64,000 nt of DNA, taken from NCBI GenBank assembly GCA_964429585.1, contig CAYSCN010000003.1, forward strand, positions 47,795 to 111,794. Reading direction: 5' to 3'. Shown here one piece after another: positions 63,046-64,000 of the stretch; the stretch's first letter is position 1, and every line of letters begins with the position of its first letter. Source of the stretch: an uncultured bacterium (GTDB lineage Bacteria; Desulfobacterota; Deferrimicrobia; J040). The notes beneath the pieces were generated by a model that was not told where the DNA came from, did no database searches, and saw nothing but the letters and a program-made list of their open reading frames with translations. The translations under genes and the position numbers were made by a program.

Positions 63046-64000
63046 ATGAATTTGAAAGATCTCAAGAAGATGCGCATCAGCGAGCTCACGGAAGTTGCGA
63101 AGCAGCTCAACATCGAAGGGGCGGCTGGGCTCAAGAAACAGGAGCTCATCTACGCAATCCTTCAGGCCACTCAGGCCTCCGAACAGGAAGAAATAGCCGT
63201 CCAGGGCGAGGGAGTGCTCGAGGTTCTGCCGGACGGGTATGGTTTTTTGAGGTCGCCCGACTCGAACTACCTCCCGGGTCCTGATGACATATACGTTTCC
63301 CCTTCTCAGATTCGCCGGTTCGGGCTGAGGACCGGAGATACCGTGACTGGACAGATAAGGGCGCCCAAGGGGGACGAGAAGTATTTCGCCCTGCTGAAAG
63401 TGGAAAAGATCAATTACGACGATCCCGAGGTGGCGAGGGAGAAGATCATTTTCGACAATCTGACCCCTCTCTACCCGATGGAGAAATTCAACCTGGAATA
63501 TGACCCGGAGAACATCTCTACCAGGATAATAGACCTGATAGCTCCCATAGGGAAGGGACAGAGGGCTCTGATAACTGCTCCCCCAAGAGCGGGAAAGACG
63601 ATTCTTTTGCAGAACATTGCCAATGCGCTCACTTCCAACCATCCGGAGATAATTCTGATAGTTCTTCTGATCGACGAGAGACCGGAAGAGGTCACCGACA
63701 TGCAGCGGAGCGTCAGGGGTGAGGTGATAAGCTCCACCTTCGACGAGCCTGCTCAGAGGCACGTTCAGGTTGCCGAGATGGTGATCGAGAAGGCGAAGAG
63801 GCTGGTGGAGCACAAAAAAGACGTGGTAATTCTCTTAGACAGCATAACCAGGCTCGCAAGAGCCTACAACGCGGTTGTTCCTCCATCCGGGAAGGTTCTC
63901 TCGGGAGGCGTCGACGCAAACGCCCTTCAAAAGCCCAAGAGGTTCTTTGGAGCCGCCCGAAACACCGAAGAGGGAGGGTCGCTGACCATAATAGCGACGG
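63046..64000 (+). CDS. rho: Transcription termination factor Rho (3' partial, runs off the window)
   Basis: Starts [25 protein letters not shown] (Rho N-terminal helix). It has an OB-fold RNA-binding region, Walker A PPRAGKT and Walker B LLIDE. It is absent from the ORF track only because no stop is reached. Confidence 0.93.
   Translation, partial: MNLKDLKKMRISELTEVAKQLNIEGAAGLKKQELIYAILQATQASEQEEIAVQGEGVLEVLPDGYGFLRSPDSNYLPGPDDIYVSPSQIRRFGLRTGDTVTGQIRAPKGDEKYFALLKVEKINYDDPEVAREKIIFDNLTPLYPMEKFNLEYDPENISTRIIDLIAPIGKGQRALITAPPRAGKTILLQNIANALTSNHPEIILIVLLIDERPEEVTDMQRSVRGEVISSTFDEPAQRHVQVAEMVIEKAKRLVEHKKDVVILLDSITRLARAYNAVVPPSGKVLSGGVDANALQKPKRFFGAARNTEEGGSLTIIAT

Overview
The window is dense, mostly plus-strand core-genome DNA from a diderm (LPS-containing) bacterium. 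The taxon is not determinable without a search, and no homology search could be run. About 85% is housekeeping genes in conserved syntenic blocks. These are: an Opp/Dpp-type peptide ABC transporter; the m23-secA-argJ cluster; rpsB-tsf-pyrH-frr-uppS-cdsA-dxr-rseP; tsaB; ilvD-ilvB-ilvN-ilvC with psd-pssA and leuC-leuD-leuB-asd-truA; rplM-rpsI; argC; the Kdo/LPS block kdsB-pyrG-kdsA-kdsD-kdsC-lptC-lptA-lptB; rpoN-hpf-ptsN-hprK-rapZ followed by a complete mannose-family PTS (IIA, IIB, IIC, IID), ptsH and ptsI; metK-ahcY; convergent lptG-lptF; deoB-ribF-htrA; rluD-pgeF; a GAF plus degenerate-GGDEF protein; and the 5' end of rho. No rRNA, tRNA, CRISPR, transposase or integrase was seen. The only accessory-looking stretch is roughly 3.9-10.3 kb, between the opp operon and the M23/secA cluster. 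It holds an orphan MshE/PilB/GspE-type secretion ATPase with tandem c-di-GMP-binding MshEN motifs and an extra C-terminal double zinc ribbon. It also holds a small zinc-ribbon protein, a TPR plus beta-barrel outer-membrane protein and a single-domain CheY receiver. Next to these is a BlaI/MecI/CopY-family repressor with an M56 (BlaR1-like) peptidase that lacks a penicillin-sensor domain and ends in a Cys/His-rich tail. That pair is divergently arranged against a secreted protein with five MMG Met-rich repeats. I read this last module as a candidate metal (possibly copper)-responsive proteolytic signalling system. All functional calls rest on recognisable motifs in the supplied translations plus general knowledge of the named families. 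Start codons were adjusted from the ORF track where RBS/ATG context supported it. Many long antisense ORFs in the track are treated as artefacts.
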